The notes below the pieces were generated by a model, which was not told the DNA's origin, searched no databases, and saw only the letters and a program-made list of their open reading frames with translations. Shown here in pieces: positions 1 to 8,432 of a DNA stretch of 64,000 bases. The translations under genes were made by a program, and so were the position numbers. The stretch comes from Myxococcales bacterium. GTDB taxonomy: Bacteria; Myxococcota_A; UBA9042. The stretch lies in contig JBBISH010000005.1 of assembly GCA_037441385.1 (NCBI GenBank), forward strand, positions 32,001 to 96,000, written 5' to 3'. Position 1 is the first letter of the stretch. Each line of letters opens with the position of its first letter.

Positions 1-3000
1 ATTGCCGTTCTGGTCGGTGATGGAAAGCGACAGCTGTACCTTGTCGCCGTCGGGCAGGCTGACCAAGCCGAACGCAACGTTGGCGCCGACCGTGTCGGTC
101 GCGTCGGACTGGGCGGTGCCGGTGAACGTCCCGGTGACCTTGCCGGTGTCGTCTTTGATGACCAGGGTGGCCGTCGCGCCCTTGTTGACGCCGAAGACCT
201 GCATGATCACGTTGGTCAACACCGAACTATCCGTCGGGTCGCCGACGTCGTCGGCCGCGACAAAGTACAGCGCTTTCTTGGTCTTGCCGGTGGGGAAGAC
301 CAAGTCGTCGAACACGGGCGCCACGCGGTCGACCACCACGCTCACGGCGCTGCTCGTCGCGACCTGGCCGGCGCTGTCGGTCACGGAGGCCACCAGGGTG
401 CACGTGCTCTGGTCGGCCAGCGTGATTGCCTGGAACGTAAAGGTATTGCCGCTGCTCTTGCCGGTGTACGACTGCGGAGCCGCCGTGCCGCAAGCCACGT
501 CGAGCTTGATGGGGCTGCCGTCTTCCACGTCGGTCACGCTGACGGTGGCCGTGGTGGCGCAATCCTGCGCACCGGCCAAGCACTCGCCGGACTTCAAGTT
601 GAAGGTCGCTCCAGCCGCGGGCGCCGTGATCGCAATGGCCGGCTTGGCCGCCTTGTAGGTCACGGTGATCACGATGCTGTAACCGGTCGCGTCGGGCTGA
701 GCACCCGGCGCCGCTGCGCTCATCTGCACGGTCGTGCTCGGCTTGGCCGACAGACCCGCCACGACGAACGTGTACGTGCCCGCACTCGTTTCGCTCACAT
801 CCACCGCAGCCGCCACGCCGTCCACCAGAACTTGCACCGTCGCGCTGGTCACAGGCGCACCGCCCACTTGCGTCACTTCGGCGGTGAAGCTCAGGCTGTC
901 TTGGGTGGTGGTCACGTTGCCCTTGGGCGAAACCAGCTTGACGATCGGGGCCTGCGAGACCAGCGTGACCACCAACGGGGCGGCGATCGTGGGATTGCCG
1001 ACGCTGTCCGTGGCGGTGGCGTTGACCACGTTGACGCCCGGATCCAGCGTCACGGCGGCAAAGGTGACGGAAGTGTCGCTGGCCGCCGTGTTCTTGCACA
1101 GCTTTTCGCCGGTCGACGACGCGATGCACACCTGGGCGGCGTCGGCGATCGACAGGGTCACGTCGGTCTGATAGCCGGGGATCTGCGGGCTGACGTCAAA
1201 ATCCTCAAAGGTGGTCAGTGTCGCCTTGTTGGGCAGCGAGAACGCAATCGCCGGGCCGGTCGTGTCGATGTGGACAACGCGGCTGACATCGCCGCACAGG
1301 CCCACCGCCGCGCTGTCCGAGGCCTTGTTGCCAAAGTCGTCGACCGCCTCGAACGAAATCACGTAGGTACCGTCGGCCAAGTTGCCCGCGGCGGCCAGCT
1401 TGAGCGTGCCGGTCAGGCCAATGGCCGACAGGGTGCCCAGGGTCTGCGGGTCGCTTGCCACCCCTTGATCCGAGACGATGGTCGCAATGGCCGCAGCCCC
1501 CTTGAGGTTTTGGGTGGCCAGCGTGATCGGCAGTTCGTGCGTGGTCACGGTCAACTCGGCCGCTGGCGAGACGAAGTTCAGGCAGGGCGCTGGGACCGCA
1601 ACGGTGGCCGTAATTTCTTCCGAAAGCGCAGCGTTAGGCGCTGCGAAGTCGCCGTAGCCGTCGGTGACGCGGCAGGTGATGGCGGTACCGACAAGGATGG
1701 TGTCGATGGCGACGGGGATGGTCAGCGTGCCGTCGCCGGTCACGGTCGCTTTGCCGATCGGCTGGTCCGGCCAGTTGATGCCTACGCCCGATTTGCGGCA
1801 GAACACGGCCACTTCCGAGTCGACCGTGCCCTGCTTGACGTCGACGGCGAACTTGGTCTCGTAGGTGCCGTTCGTGCCAAAGTTCTGGTCGTCTTTGGCC
1901 AGCAGCACGGCGCCCGCCGTTGGCGAGTTGATGGCCAAGGTGGCCTGGTCGACAAACGCTTGCACCGGCCAAGACGCCGACGTGCTCAGCCCGCAGGCGT
2001 TGGTTGCCTTGACGGCGACGTTGTAGGTCTTGCTGGTGGTGAGCGACAGGGTCAGGGGGAAGGTGCCGTCCGCGCCGATCGTGGCCGTGCTGGCGGTTCC
2101 GCCGTCGAGCTTGTACTCCACACTGGCACCGATCCCCAAGGTGCTGGCTGTGCCGGTCGAAACCACTTGAATGCCAGGCGTTTGCGGGTCGGAGTCGTTG
2201 CCCAGGGTCACGGCCTTGGGCAGCTGCACGGCCAGCGACGGCGCCTCGGTCGACAGCGTGACCGCCAGGGGAGCGGACGGCTGCGAGCCGCGCTCGGGGT
2301 GCTGGCTGTCGACGACCACGGCCACGATGTTCAGCTTGACGCCGTCCAGTCCGCCGCTCTGGCTCGAGAGGGTCGCGGTGATCGGGGTCGAGCTGGCGCC
2401 GCCGAGCGACACTTTCTCGGTGGTGACCGACTTGCCTTCTGCATCGGTGAACTGCAAGAACGCGTCAGTGCAGCCGGTCGACGTGGTGGTGACGGTAAAG
2501 GTGTACTGGAAGCCGGCGTCGCTGTTGCCGTCCGTGGTGATGCAGGGCGTGTCGATCGCCGCAATGGTCGCCTGGCACGCGGCACCACAATCCAGCACCA
2601 GCGACTTGGTTTTTTCGCCGCTTTGGGTGTTGGCCGTCACGGTGGCGGTCAGGTTCACCCCGGTTTGTCCGCAAGCGATGGTGACGCCCTTGAAGTCGGC
2701 CTTGCCACCCTGCAAGACCACCGGGCCCAAGCTGGAGTTGCCCACCTTCAAGGTGACTTGCGAGCCATCCGCCGCCTGCGCCGCGGTGACCACGACGTTG
2801 ACTTGCACACCAACCGTTGCCGGATCCAAATCTGCGTCCGCGCTGATCTTGGCGCTGGTGGCCACGTCTTCCAGGGCGTTGCCCACCGCGGTCTCTACGT
2901 ACAGGTTCACCACTGGCACGGGCGGCGGGACGTCGGCCGTGTCGCCGGTCCCGATGTCCTCGGCATCGGCCAGGGTGGTGTCCGTGTCCGTCACGGCATC

Positions 3001-3174
3001 CGGGCACGGCCCAAAGATGTCATTGCCGCACTTGGGGCCCACCACGGGGATGTCTGCGTCGCAACTACTCAGGGCGAGCAGCGACAAGGCGAGTGCGAGC
3101 AGGCCGGGCCAGCGACTAGCGAACAGGGGCTGGCGGCGGACCGGGGTCTGGTTGGCGGTGGAGGGGCGGTTCAT
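1..3174 (-). CDS. Giant Ig-like repeat surface lipoprotein (partial; runs off the window start, >1058 aa)
   Basis: Absent from the ORF track because there is no stop in the window. Hand translation from ATG 3174 (AGGAG SD upstream) gives MNRPSTANQ...GLLALALSLLALSS|CDAD (lipobox), an acidic linker, then beta-rich Thr/Val/Ala modules with Ig-type motifs (AVDDFGN, ATDSVGN, VTDSAGQ, ITDQNGN, IDTTGP, VDRVAP). Confidence 0.85.
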   Translation of the reverse strand, partial: MNRPSTANQTPVRRQPLFASRWPGLLALALSLLALSSCDADIPVVGPKCGNDIFGPCPDAVTDTDTTLADAEDIGTGDTADVPPPVPVVNLYVETAVGNALEDVATSAKISADADLDPATVGVQVNVVVTAAQAADGSQVTLKVGNSSLGPVVLQGGKADFKGVTIACGQTGVNLTATVTANTQSGEKTKSLVLDCGAACQATIAAIDTPCITTDGNSDAGFQYTFTVTTTSTGCTDAFLQFTDAEGKSVTTEKVSLGGASSTPITATLSSQSGGLDGVKLNIVAVVVDSQHPERGSQPSAPLAVTLSTEAPSLAVQLPKAVTLGNDSDPQTPGIQVVSTGTASTLGIGASVEYKLDGGTASTATIGADGTFPLTLSLTTSKTYNVAVKATNACGLSTSASWPVQAFVDQATLAINSPTAGAVLLAKDDQNFGTNGTYETKFAVDVKQGTVDSEVAVFCRKSGVGINWPDQPIGKATVTGDGTLTIPVAIDTILVGTAITCRVTDGYGDFAAPNAALSEEITATVAVPAPCLNFVSPAAELTVTTHELPITLATQNLKGAAAIATIVSDQGVASDPQTLGTLSAIGLTGTLKLAAAGNLADGTYVISFEAVDDFGNKASDSAAVGLCGDVSRVVHIDTTGPAIAFSLPNKATLTTFEDFDVSPQIPGYQTDVTLSIADAAQVCIASSTGEKLCKNTAASDTSVTFAAVTLDPGVNVVNATATDSVGNPTIAAPLVVTLVSQAPIVKLVSPKGNVTTTQDSLSFTAEVTQVGGAPVTSATVQVLVDGVAAAVDVSETSAGTYTFVVAGLSAKPSTTVQMSAAAPGAQPDATGYSIVITVTYKAAKPAIAITAPAAGATFNLKSGECLAGAQDCATTATVSVTDVEDGSPIKLDVACGTAAPQSYTGKSSGNTFTFQAITLADQSTCTLVASVTDSAGQVATSSAVSVVVDRVAPVFDDLVFPTGKTKKALYFVAADDVGDPTDSSVLTNVIMQVFGVNKGATATLVIKDDTGKVTGTFTGTAQSDATDTVGANVAFGLVSLPDGDKVQLSLSITDQNGN

Positions 3175-3263
3175 TTCACTCCTGCTGGTCGCGGCCTGGC
3201 GAGTCACTTTGCGTGTGCGGCTCCAGGCCATCGTTCGTCGGCGGACGGGTGCCGCCGGCTGGC

Positions 3264-3695
3264 TCAATTCTTGTGCCGGGTAGCCGTGTTGGCTTCTCCG
3301 GCGGGACCCATGGGTGCTCCACGTGCGGTTGCGCCAAGCGACACTTGCGGCGGCGTGCTCGCCAAGGTAGTCGGCTTTGCGGAACTAGACAGGGGGACGG
3401 CCGCGATTGGCTCACATTCCACGGCAATTCGCCGCTCGACCAGCTCGTTCACGAACCGGTCCAAGTCACTGGCGGCCTGTTCCCACTCGACCTCAAAGTC
3501 TTCGACCAATTGCGCGATCAGGGTGTCGCGACGTGCCGGGCCGGCCATGAGGCTGCGAAAAATCGCGACGGCCGTGGGCACCTCTAGGCGGTGCAGGCCG
3601 CGATCGTCGGTGACTACGAAGATCTCGCCGGCAACCTCGCGTGCCGCAGCAGCGGGGTGCATGGTGTAGGCGGTGTTCGCTGGCAGTAGGGGCAT
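3264..3695 (-). CDS. PqqD family protein (RiPP recognition element fold) with low-complexity C-terminal tail
   Basis: Sequence REVAGEIFVV...LEVPTAVAIFRSL...LVEDFEVEWEQAASDLDRFVNELVERRI fits the PqqD pattern. Confidence 0.8.
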   Translation of the reverse strand: MPLLPANTAYTMHPAAAAREVAGEIFVVTDDRGLHRLEVPTAVAIFRSLMAGPARRDTLIAQLVEDFEVEWEQAASDLDRFVNELVERRIAVECEPIAAVPLSSSAKPTTLASTPPQVSLGATARGAPMGPAGEANTATRHKN

Positions 3696-3788
3696 CGGGT
3701 CGTTGGCTCACAGGGCGGCGTGAAAGGGCCGGCTGGTCTCTTGGTTGCCGCCGGTTTGCGCAAAGTTGCTTTGCGTTCCCAATTCCAT

Positions 3789-3804
3789 CGCGAAGAACGT
3801 GCCG
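3789..3804 (-). promoter_or_regulatory. Putative sigma54 (-24/-12) promoter of the pqqD-like/Ig-lipoprotein unit
   Basis: Minus strand reads CGGCACG-TTCT-TCGCG, with GG and GC exactly 10 nt apart; close to TGGCACG-N4-TTGC. Confidence 0.5.
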
Positions 3805-4134
3805 GCTCCGGCTTCAGGTACGTACTTGGCGCGATGGGCGAAAATTCCTTGTCGAATCACTGAGCTCGCTGTCCCGGACCGCTGAGCAACAACCCCAGAT
3901 TGTGCCGAATCTCCTCGTTTGACGCAAGGTGCCTGCACCCGTGCGGGGGGACAGCGCGCGCACCAGCGGCAACAAGTGCGTGCAAATGCTTGGTTCGTTC
4001 AACATACCCAAGCGGCACCCTGCCTCCGTGAAAATCCTTCTGGCGAACGACGAGACCGTGCCTGCGGCCGTGCGCGGGGCTCGCAGGAGGCGGGATTCCC
4101 AGAGTGCGCGGCGCGCCCCCTTGGCATTCCTTGC

Positions 4135-5043
4135 CTAGATGCTCGTGTCCGGCTCGACAAACGACCAGCGGACGTCGGGGTAGCGGTCGTGTAGCCGCTG
4201 CTCAAATGCATTGATCGTCGCGACTACCGCCGCGGTGTCCAGCCCGTCGGCCAGCCGCAGCTTGCAGGCCACCAAGACTTCGCTGGGACCCTTCTGCACC
4301 GTGATCGACTTCAACACCTCTAGAATCCTTGGATCTTCTGCGGCCGCCGCGGCGATCGCCTGGTCCACGGCCGGATCGGCGCGCTCGCCAACCAGAAGGC
4401 TTTTGATTTCAACCGCTAGCATCGCTGCCACCGCCATCAAGATGGCGCCGATCGCCAGGGAACCCACGGCATCCCAAACCGAGCTACCGGTTAGTGACGA
4501 CACCGTGAGAGCCACCGCCGCCACCACCAATCCCAGCACCGCCGCGCTATTTTCACCAAAGACCACAATCAGATCCGAGTCCTTGGTCGCCTTGAGGTAG
4601 GGCCAGAACGGCACGGCGCCGCGGCGGCGATGCAGCTCGGCCACGTTGCCGTACAAGGACCAGCCCTCCAGTGCCAGCGACCCCATCAGGATCGCCATGG
4701 CCAGACGGATGTCGCCCACCGGCTCCGGCTCGCGGAGTTTGTGCAGTCCCTCATAGATCGAGAACAGACCGCCTCCGGAAAACAGCAGCAGCGCCACCAG
4801 GAAGGACCAGAAGTACAGGGCCGCGCCATAGCCAAGCGGGTGGGCGGCATCGGCGGGGCGATGGGCGCGGCGGACACCCAGCAGCAACAGCAATTGGTTG
4901 CCGGAGTCGGCGAACGAGTGCAGCGTCTCGGCCAGCATCGAGCCAGAGCCAGAAACCACAGCCGCGATCAGCTTACCCACCGAAATAATGAGATTTACCG
5001 CCAGGGATTGCAGGATGTGCCGGGTGTCGTGTTGATCTGCCAT
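4135..5043 (-). CDS. Cation diffusion facilitator (CDF) family transporter
   Basis: From MADQHDTRHIL: SGSGSMLAETLHSFADSGNQ, HPLGYG, FSIYEG and FGENSAAVLG motifs, multiple TM helices and a C-terminal VEPD. The ORF-track extension to 5787 is antisense to the neighbouring gene. Confidence 0.9.
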   Translation of the reverse strand: MADQHDTRHILQSLAVNLIISVGKLIAAVVSGSGSMLAETLHSFADSGNQLLLLLGVRRAHRPADAAHPLGYGAALYFWSFLVALLLFSGGGLFSIYEGLHKLREPEPVGDIRLAMAILMGSLALEGWSLYGNVAELHRRRGAVPFWPYLKATKDSDLIVVFGENSAAVLGLVVAAVALTVSSLTGSSVWDAVGSLAIGAILMAVAAMLAVEIKSLLVGERADPAVDQAIAAAAAEDPRILEVLKSITVQKGPSEVLVACKLRLADGLDTAAVVATINAFEQRLHDRYPDVRWSFVEPDTSI

Positions 5044-5284
5044 GCCCGCAGTTTCGACGATCGCCCGGTGGCAGGCAACCTGACGGGGTCGCGCAGGCGA
5101 TGGCCGAAGCACGGCGACAAAGGACGACGCGGAAATCACACCTGAATCTGACGCAAGATCGGCAACTGGGGCATGGCAACCCCAGCCGGTGCGGCCGCCG
5201 AACAAGTGCGGTTGACAGTCGCAGCCCGCTGGCGCACTTTGAATGCGAATGTGGCCACTTCGCGCCCGGCCGCAGGAGGACGTC

Positions 5285-6217
5285 ATGAGCAGCCCAGAGA
5301 AGGTCAAGGCCGTCAAAGCTGAAGCCAAAACGGACATCAACAAGATCCAAAAGAAGGCCGAAGCCGACGTCCAAGCCGTCAAGAAGACGGAGGCCGCCGC
5401 CGTCAAGTCGGGCCAAAAGGCCAAGAAAGACGCCGCGGCAGACACCAAGAAGCAGGGCGAGGTGATCGTCGACGTGGCCACGGGCGAGATCCTGGCGCGC
5501 AACGAACAAGCCAAGGCCGTGCTCAAGGCCGAGTACAAGGCCATCGAGATCAAGCCGACCACGGCGACCGGCAAAGACGGCGCGGCGGCGGGCGCCAGCG
5601 ATGGCAGCGGCGGGGCGACCACGGCGGGCAGTCTGGATGCCGACTTGGCCGACCTGGACTTGGCGGCGGCAGCGGCTGGTGCGGCGCTGATTGCCGTGGC
5701 GGCGGCGGCCGTGGATTTCATCTTGGACTTGGCCTTTGGCAAGAGCACTGCGGCGGCCAAGGCGCCCCAGGAGTCGAGCACGGCCAACCGTTCGTTCGAC
5801 TACCGCGGCAACTTCAATTTCCGCATCGAAGTCGGCGGCATCGCAGCGGGCGCCTTCCGCGCCGTGGACGGCCTGTCCACCTCGACGGAACTCATCGAGT
5901 ACCAGGGCGGCGGCGACATGTACGCGCGGCAGATCCCTGGCCGGCCCAAGATTGCCCCGGTGACCTTGAAGAAGGGCTGGGTGGTCAGCGCGGCGCTGTG
6001 GCAGTGGATGCAGGACACGATGGAAGGGCGCTTCTCGTTCCACAACGTGTCCGTGGTGCTGATGGATGACGACGGCCAGACCGATGTGGCGCGGTATGAA
6101 CTGTCGCAGTGCTGGCCTTCGTCGTGGAAGGGCTTCCAGCTCGACGGCATGGGCAACGAGGCGATGGTCGAAGAGCTTGAGCTGCAGGTTCGCGGCATCT
6201 CGCGCGTCGCGCCCTAG
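5285..6217 (+). CDS. Phage T4 gp19-like / eCIS (Afp1/5-type) tail tube protein with long N-terminal extension
   Basis: AGGAGG SD before ATG 5285. The C-terminal ~140 aa (FNFRIEVGG..AGAFRAVDGL..STELIEYQGG..QIPGR..VTLKKG..LWQW..NVSVVLMD..ARYEL..CWPSSW...LDG.GNEAMVEELEL) is a typical tube signature. Confidence 0.85.
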   Translation: MSSPEKVKAVKAEAKTDINKIQKKAEADVQAVKKTEAAAVKSGQKAKKDAAADTKKQGEVIVDVATGEILARNEQAKAVLKAEYKAIEIKPTTATGKDGAAAGASDGSGGATTAGSLDADLADLDLAAAAAGAALIAVAAAAVDFILDLAFGKSTAAAKAPQESSTANRSFDYRGNFNFRIEVGGIAAGAFRAVDGLSTSTELIEYQGGGDMYARQIPGRPKIAPVTLKKGWVVSAALWQWMQDTMEGRFSFHNVSVVLMDDDGQTDVARYELSQCWPSSWKGFQLDGMGNEAMVEELELQVRGISRVAP

Positions 6218-6437
6218 CGACGCGACCAATTCCAGCTGATTTGTTCTGGAATGGCCTCTTGCGGCTACGTCCACAGCCCCAAGTGGGGGGCGCGCCACTA
6301 GGTCCGTTCCCCAAGTGGCGCCGGCCCTCCACCCTGGTTGCGCCGGTGCGAGGCGCACGCAGACGTAAACCCGCCTGTGTGGAAAACCTATACGGATCGA
6401 CTTCTTAGCCGGTGCGTTCCCAGCCCTCGTCAATTCC

Positions 6438-7352
6438 GTGAGCAACACCACCTCCAACCCAGACTCGGACCCTTCCCAAGCGGCGGCCAGCACGCTGCCT
6501 CCGGAGGATCTGCGCGCCATCGAGCGAGCCGTCGCCTACCTTGAAGACCCTAGCTTCTTGATGCGGATCGCGAACTTGGTCGGGCGTCCGGCGGACACAC
6601 TGCTGGAGCGGATGCCCGAGCGCGCGCGAAAAATGGTCGCCAAAGCGTCGGAGGCGGCGCTGCGCAAGGCGCTGGACTGGGCCATCGCTTCGCTGGGCGA
6701 CGATGGAGCAACCCCGGGGGTCCACTCCGCTTCTGCCGGTGCGCTGGGCGGACTGGGCGGGTTTTTGGGCTTGGCAGCGCTGCCTATCGAGCTGCCGGCC
6801 ACGACAGTCGTGATGCTGCGCTCGATTGCGGCCATCGCCCGCGCCGAGGGGGCCGACCTGAACGACCCCGAAGTGCGCCTGGAGTGCTTGTCCGTGTTGG
6901 CGATGGGCGGCCAGATGCCGTCGCCGATCGACGCCCGCTTCGAAGGCGAAGAAAGTCCGCTTGCCGACATGGAATCTAGCTACTGGACGGCGCGCCTGGG
7001 GATGGCGATGGCCCTGCGCTCGGCGGCGCGGCAGCTGGGCGGTCTGACGGGCCGGCAGCTCGCGAGCGAAATGGCGGCCGGGGCGACCCCAATGCTGGCT
7101 CGGCTGCTGGGCATGGTGGCGGCGCGGTTCCAGGTGGTGGTGGGCGAAAAGGCGGTGGCGCAAGCTGTGCCGGTGGTGGGCGCGGCCGCAGGCGCCGCTC
7201 TGAATGTCGCCTTCGCCGAGCACTTCAGCATGGTTGCCCGGCATCACTTTGTGCTGCGTCGGCTGGAAAGGCAGCGCGGAGCTGCCGCAGTGCAAGCGGC
7301 CTACGCCCGCGCGCTGGAGCAGCACCGGCAGAAAAAGCTGCAAACCGCTTGA
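6438..7352 (+). CDS. EcsC family protein
   Basis: GALGGLGGFLGLAALPIELPATTVVMLRSIAAIARAEGADL, RLECLSVLAMGG and QAVPVVGAAAGAALN..F motifs. Confidence 0.8.
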   Translation: MSNTTSNPDSDPSQAAASTLPPEDLRAIERAVAYLEDPSFLMRIANLVGRPADTLLERMPERARKMVAKASEAALRKALDWAIASLGDDGATPGVHSASAGALGGLGGFLGLAALPIELPATTVVMLRSIAAIARAEGADLNDPEVRLECLSVLAMGGQMPSPIDARFEGEESPLADMESSYWTARLGMAMALRSAARQLGGLTGRQLASEMAAGATPMLARLLGMVAARFQVVVGEKAVAQAVPVVGAAAGAALNVAFAEHFSMVARHHFVLRRLERQRGAAAVQAAYARALEQHRQKKLQTA

Positions 7353-7377
7353 CGATCGCTGGGAGCCCGTGTACGGT
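7349..7377 (+). promoter_or_regulatory. Putative sigma70 promoter of lexA
   Basis: TTGACG (7349-7354), 17-nt spacer, TACGGT (7372-7377), immediately upstream of the SOS box. Confidence 0.55.
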
Positions 7378-7378
7378 A

Positions 7379-7394
7379 CTGAACAGATGTTCTG
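7379..7394. promoter_or_regulatory. Putative LexA operator (SOS box)
   Basis: CTGAACAGATGTTCTG has a GAAC-N4-GTTC palindrome; a near-identical site lies upstream of recA. Confidence 0.75.
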
Positions 7395-7403
7395 TGGTGA
7401 ACC

Positions 7404-8423
7404 ATGCTCCCTCCTCCTCGCGACATTCGTTCCAAAGGCTCCAATAGCTCGGCGAGAAAGCCCGGCGGCACCCCTAGCACAGACACCCCTAGCACAGACA
7501 CCCCTAGCACAGACACCCCTAGCGCTGGCAGCCCTAGCGCAGGCAAGCCTGGCGCAAGTGTTGGTGGCGATTCGGCCAATGCGGCCGGCCAGCCCCCCAG
7601 CGGCGAAATCCGTGAGGGAGTCGCGCGCGAAGTGGCAGGGCTGACCGAGCGGCAGGACAAGATTCTGCGCTACGTGCAGGAGTTTCAGGTCCAGAACGGC
7701 TTTCCGCCGTCGATCCGCGAGATTGGCGAGTACTTTGGGATCCGCTCGACCAACGGGGTCTCGGATCACCTGCGGGCCTTGGAGCGCAAGGGTTTTCTGC
7801 AACGTTCTGGCCATTTGTCGCGCAGCTTGACCGTTGTGCGTGGAGCCGACGAAGTCGTGGATTCGCGGCCCGAAGTGGTGCCGTACGACCTGCGCGAGCC
7901 CGAGGTGCGCGAGCGGGTCATCCAGCGTGATGACGACGCGGAACTGTCGGGCGGTGACCTGCCCGCCAACGTCCGGCGGCTGCGGCCGGATCGCCAGGTT
8001 CGCCCAACGGTTCCGGACAGCCATGCGCAGAGCCAGATGGTGCCGGTGCTTGGCAAGGTGGCCGCCGGCCTGCCGCTCCTTGCCGTGGAAGAGGCCGAAG
8101 AGACGCTGGTCGTCGACCGCTTCTTGCTGGGTGGCGGACCGGGCGAGGTCTTTGCCTTGCGCGTGGTGGGCGAGTCGATGATCGAAGCCGGCATTCTGCC
8201 CGGCGACTACCTGTTCGTTCGCCGGCGCGACACGGCACAAAACGGCGAAATTGCGGTGGTTTTGCTTAACGGCGAGGCGACCGTCAAGCGCTGGTTCCCA
8301 GAGGGCGACGTCATTCGCCTGCAGCCCGAGAATCGCACGATGCAGCCCATCTATGTCCGGCGCGGCGACCATAGCCAGTGCCGCGTGGTGGGTGTGGTCG
8401 CGGGCGTGTACCGCCGTATGTAG
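7404..8423 (+). CDS. lexA: SOS repressor LexA (start may instead be GTG 7632)
   Basis: Winged HTH LTERQDKIL..FPPSIREI..NGVSDHLRALERKG, VAAG.P cleavage site, GESM (Ser) and TVKR (Lys) catalytic dyad. Confidence 0.95.
   Translation: MLPPPRDIRSKGSNSSARKPGGTPSTDTPSTDTPSTDTPSAGSPSAGKPGASVGGDSANAAGQPPSGEIREGVAREVAGLTERQDKILRYVQEFQVQNGFPPSIREIGEYFGIRSTNGVSDHLRALERKGFLQRSGHLSRSLTVVRGADEVVDSRPEVVPYDLREPEVRERVIQRDDDAELSGGDLPANVRRLRPDRQVRPTVPDSHAQSQMVPVLGKVAAGLPLLAVEEAEETLVVDRFLLGGGPGEVFALRVVGESMIEAGILPGDYLFVRRRDTAQNGEIAVVLLNGEATVKRWFPEGDVIRLQPENRTMQPIYVRRGDHSQCRVVGVVAGVYRRM
7469..7558 (+). repeat. 15-bp tandem repeat: CACCCCTAGCACAGA x3 perfect plus 3 degenerate copies
   Basis: Read directly from the sequence; encodes TPSTD x3, TPSAG, SPSAG, KPGAS in the lexA frame. 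Confidence 0.95.
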
Positions 8424-8432
8424 AGTAGCGGC

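Noticed and set aside
832..3669. 945-aa plus-strand ORF and similar long ORFs (e.g. 15668-18349, 35613-38027, 51319-55620)
   Set aside because: These are in-frame antisense shadows of real genes, typical of high-GC DNA, with no recognisable motifs.
3708..3938. 76-aa ORF (or 26-aa MELGTQSNFAQTGGNQETSRPFHAAL) as a RiPP/lasso precursor for the PqqD-like protein
   Set aside because: No well-spaced SD, no Asp/Glu at lasso ring positions 7-9 after the T-G|G site, no modifying enzymes nearby, and the predicted sigma54 promoter overlaps it. Not fully excluded.
6378..6386. TGTGGAAAA DnaA-box-like 9-mer (also at 30628-30636)
   Set aside because: Isolated copies with no box cluster, AT-rich unwinding element or dnaA/dnaN context.
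7469..7558. 15-bp repeats as a mini-CRISPR
   Set aside because: The units are directly adjacent with no spacers, so this is a VNTR.
5285..8423. Prophage remnant (tail gene plus repressor)
   Set aside because: The repressor is a canonical chromosomal LexA sharing its box with recA, and there are no integrase, capsid, terminase or other tail genes.
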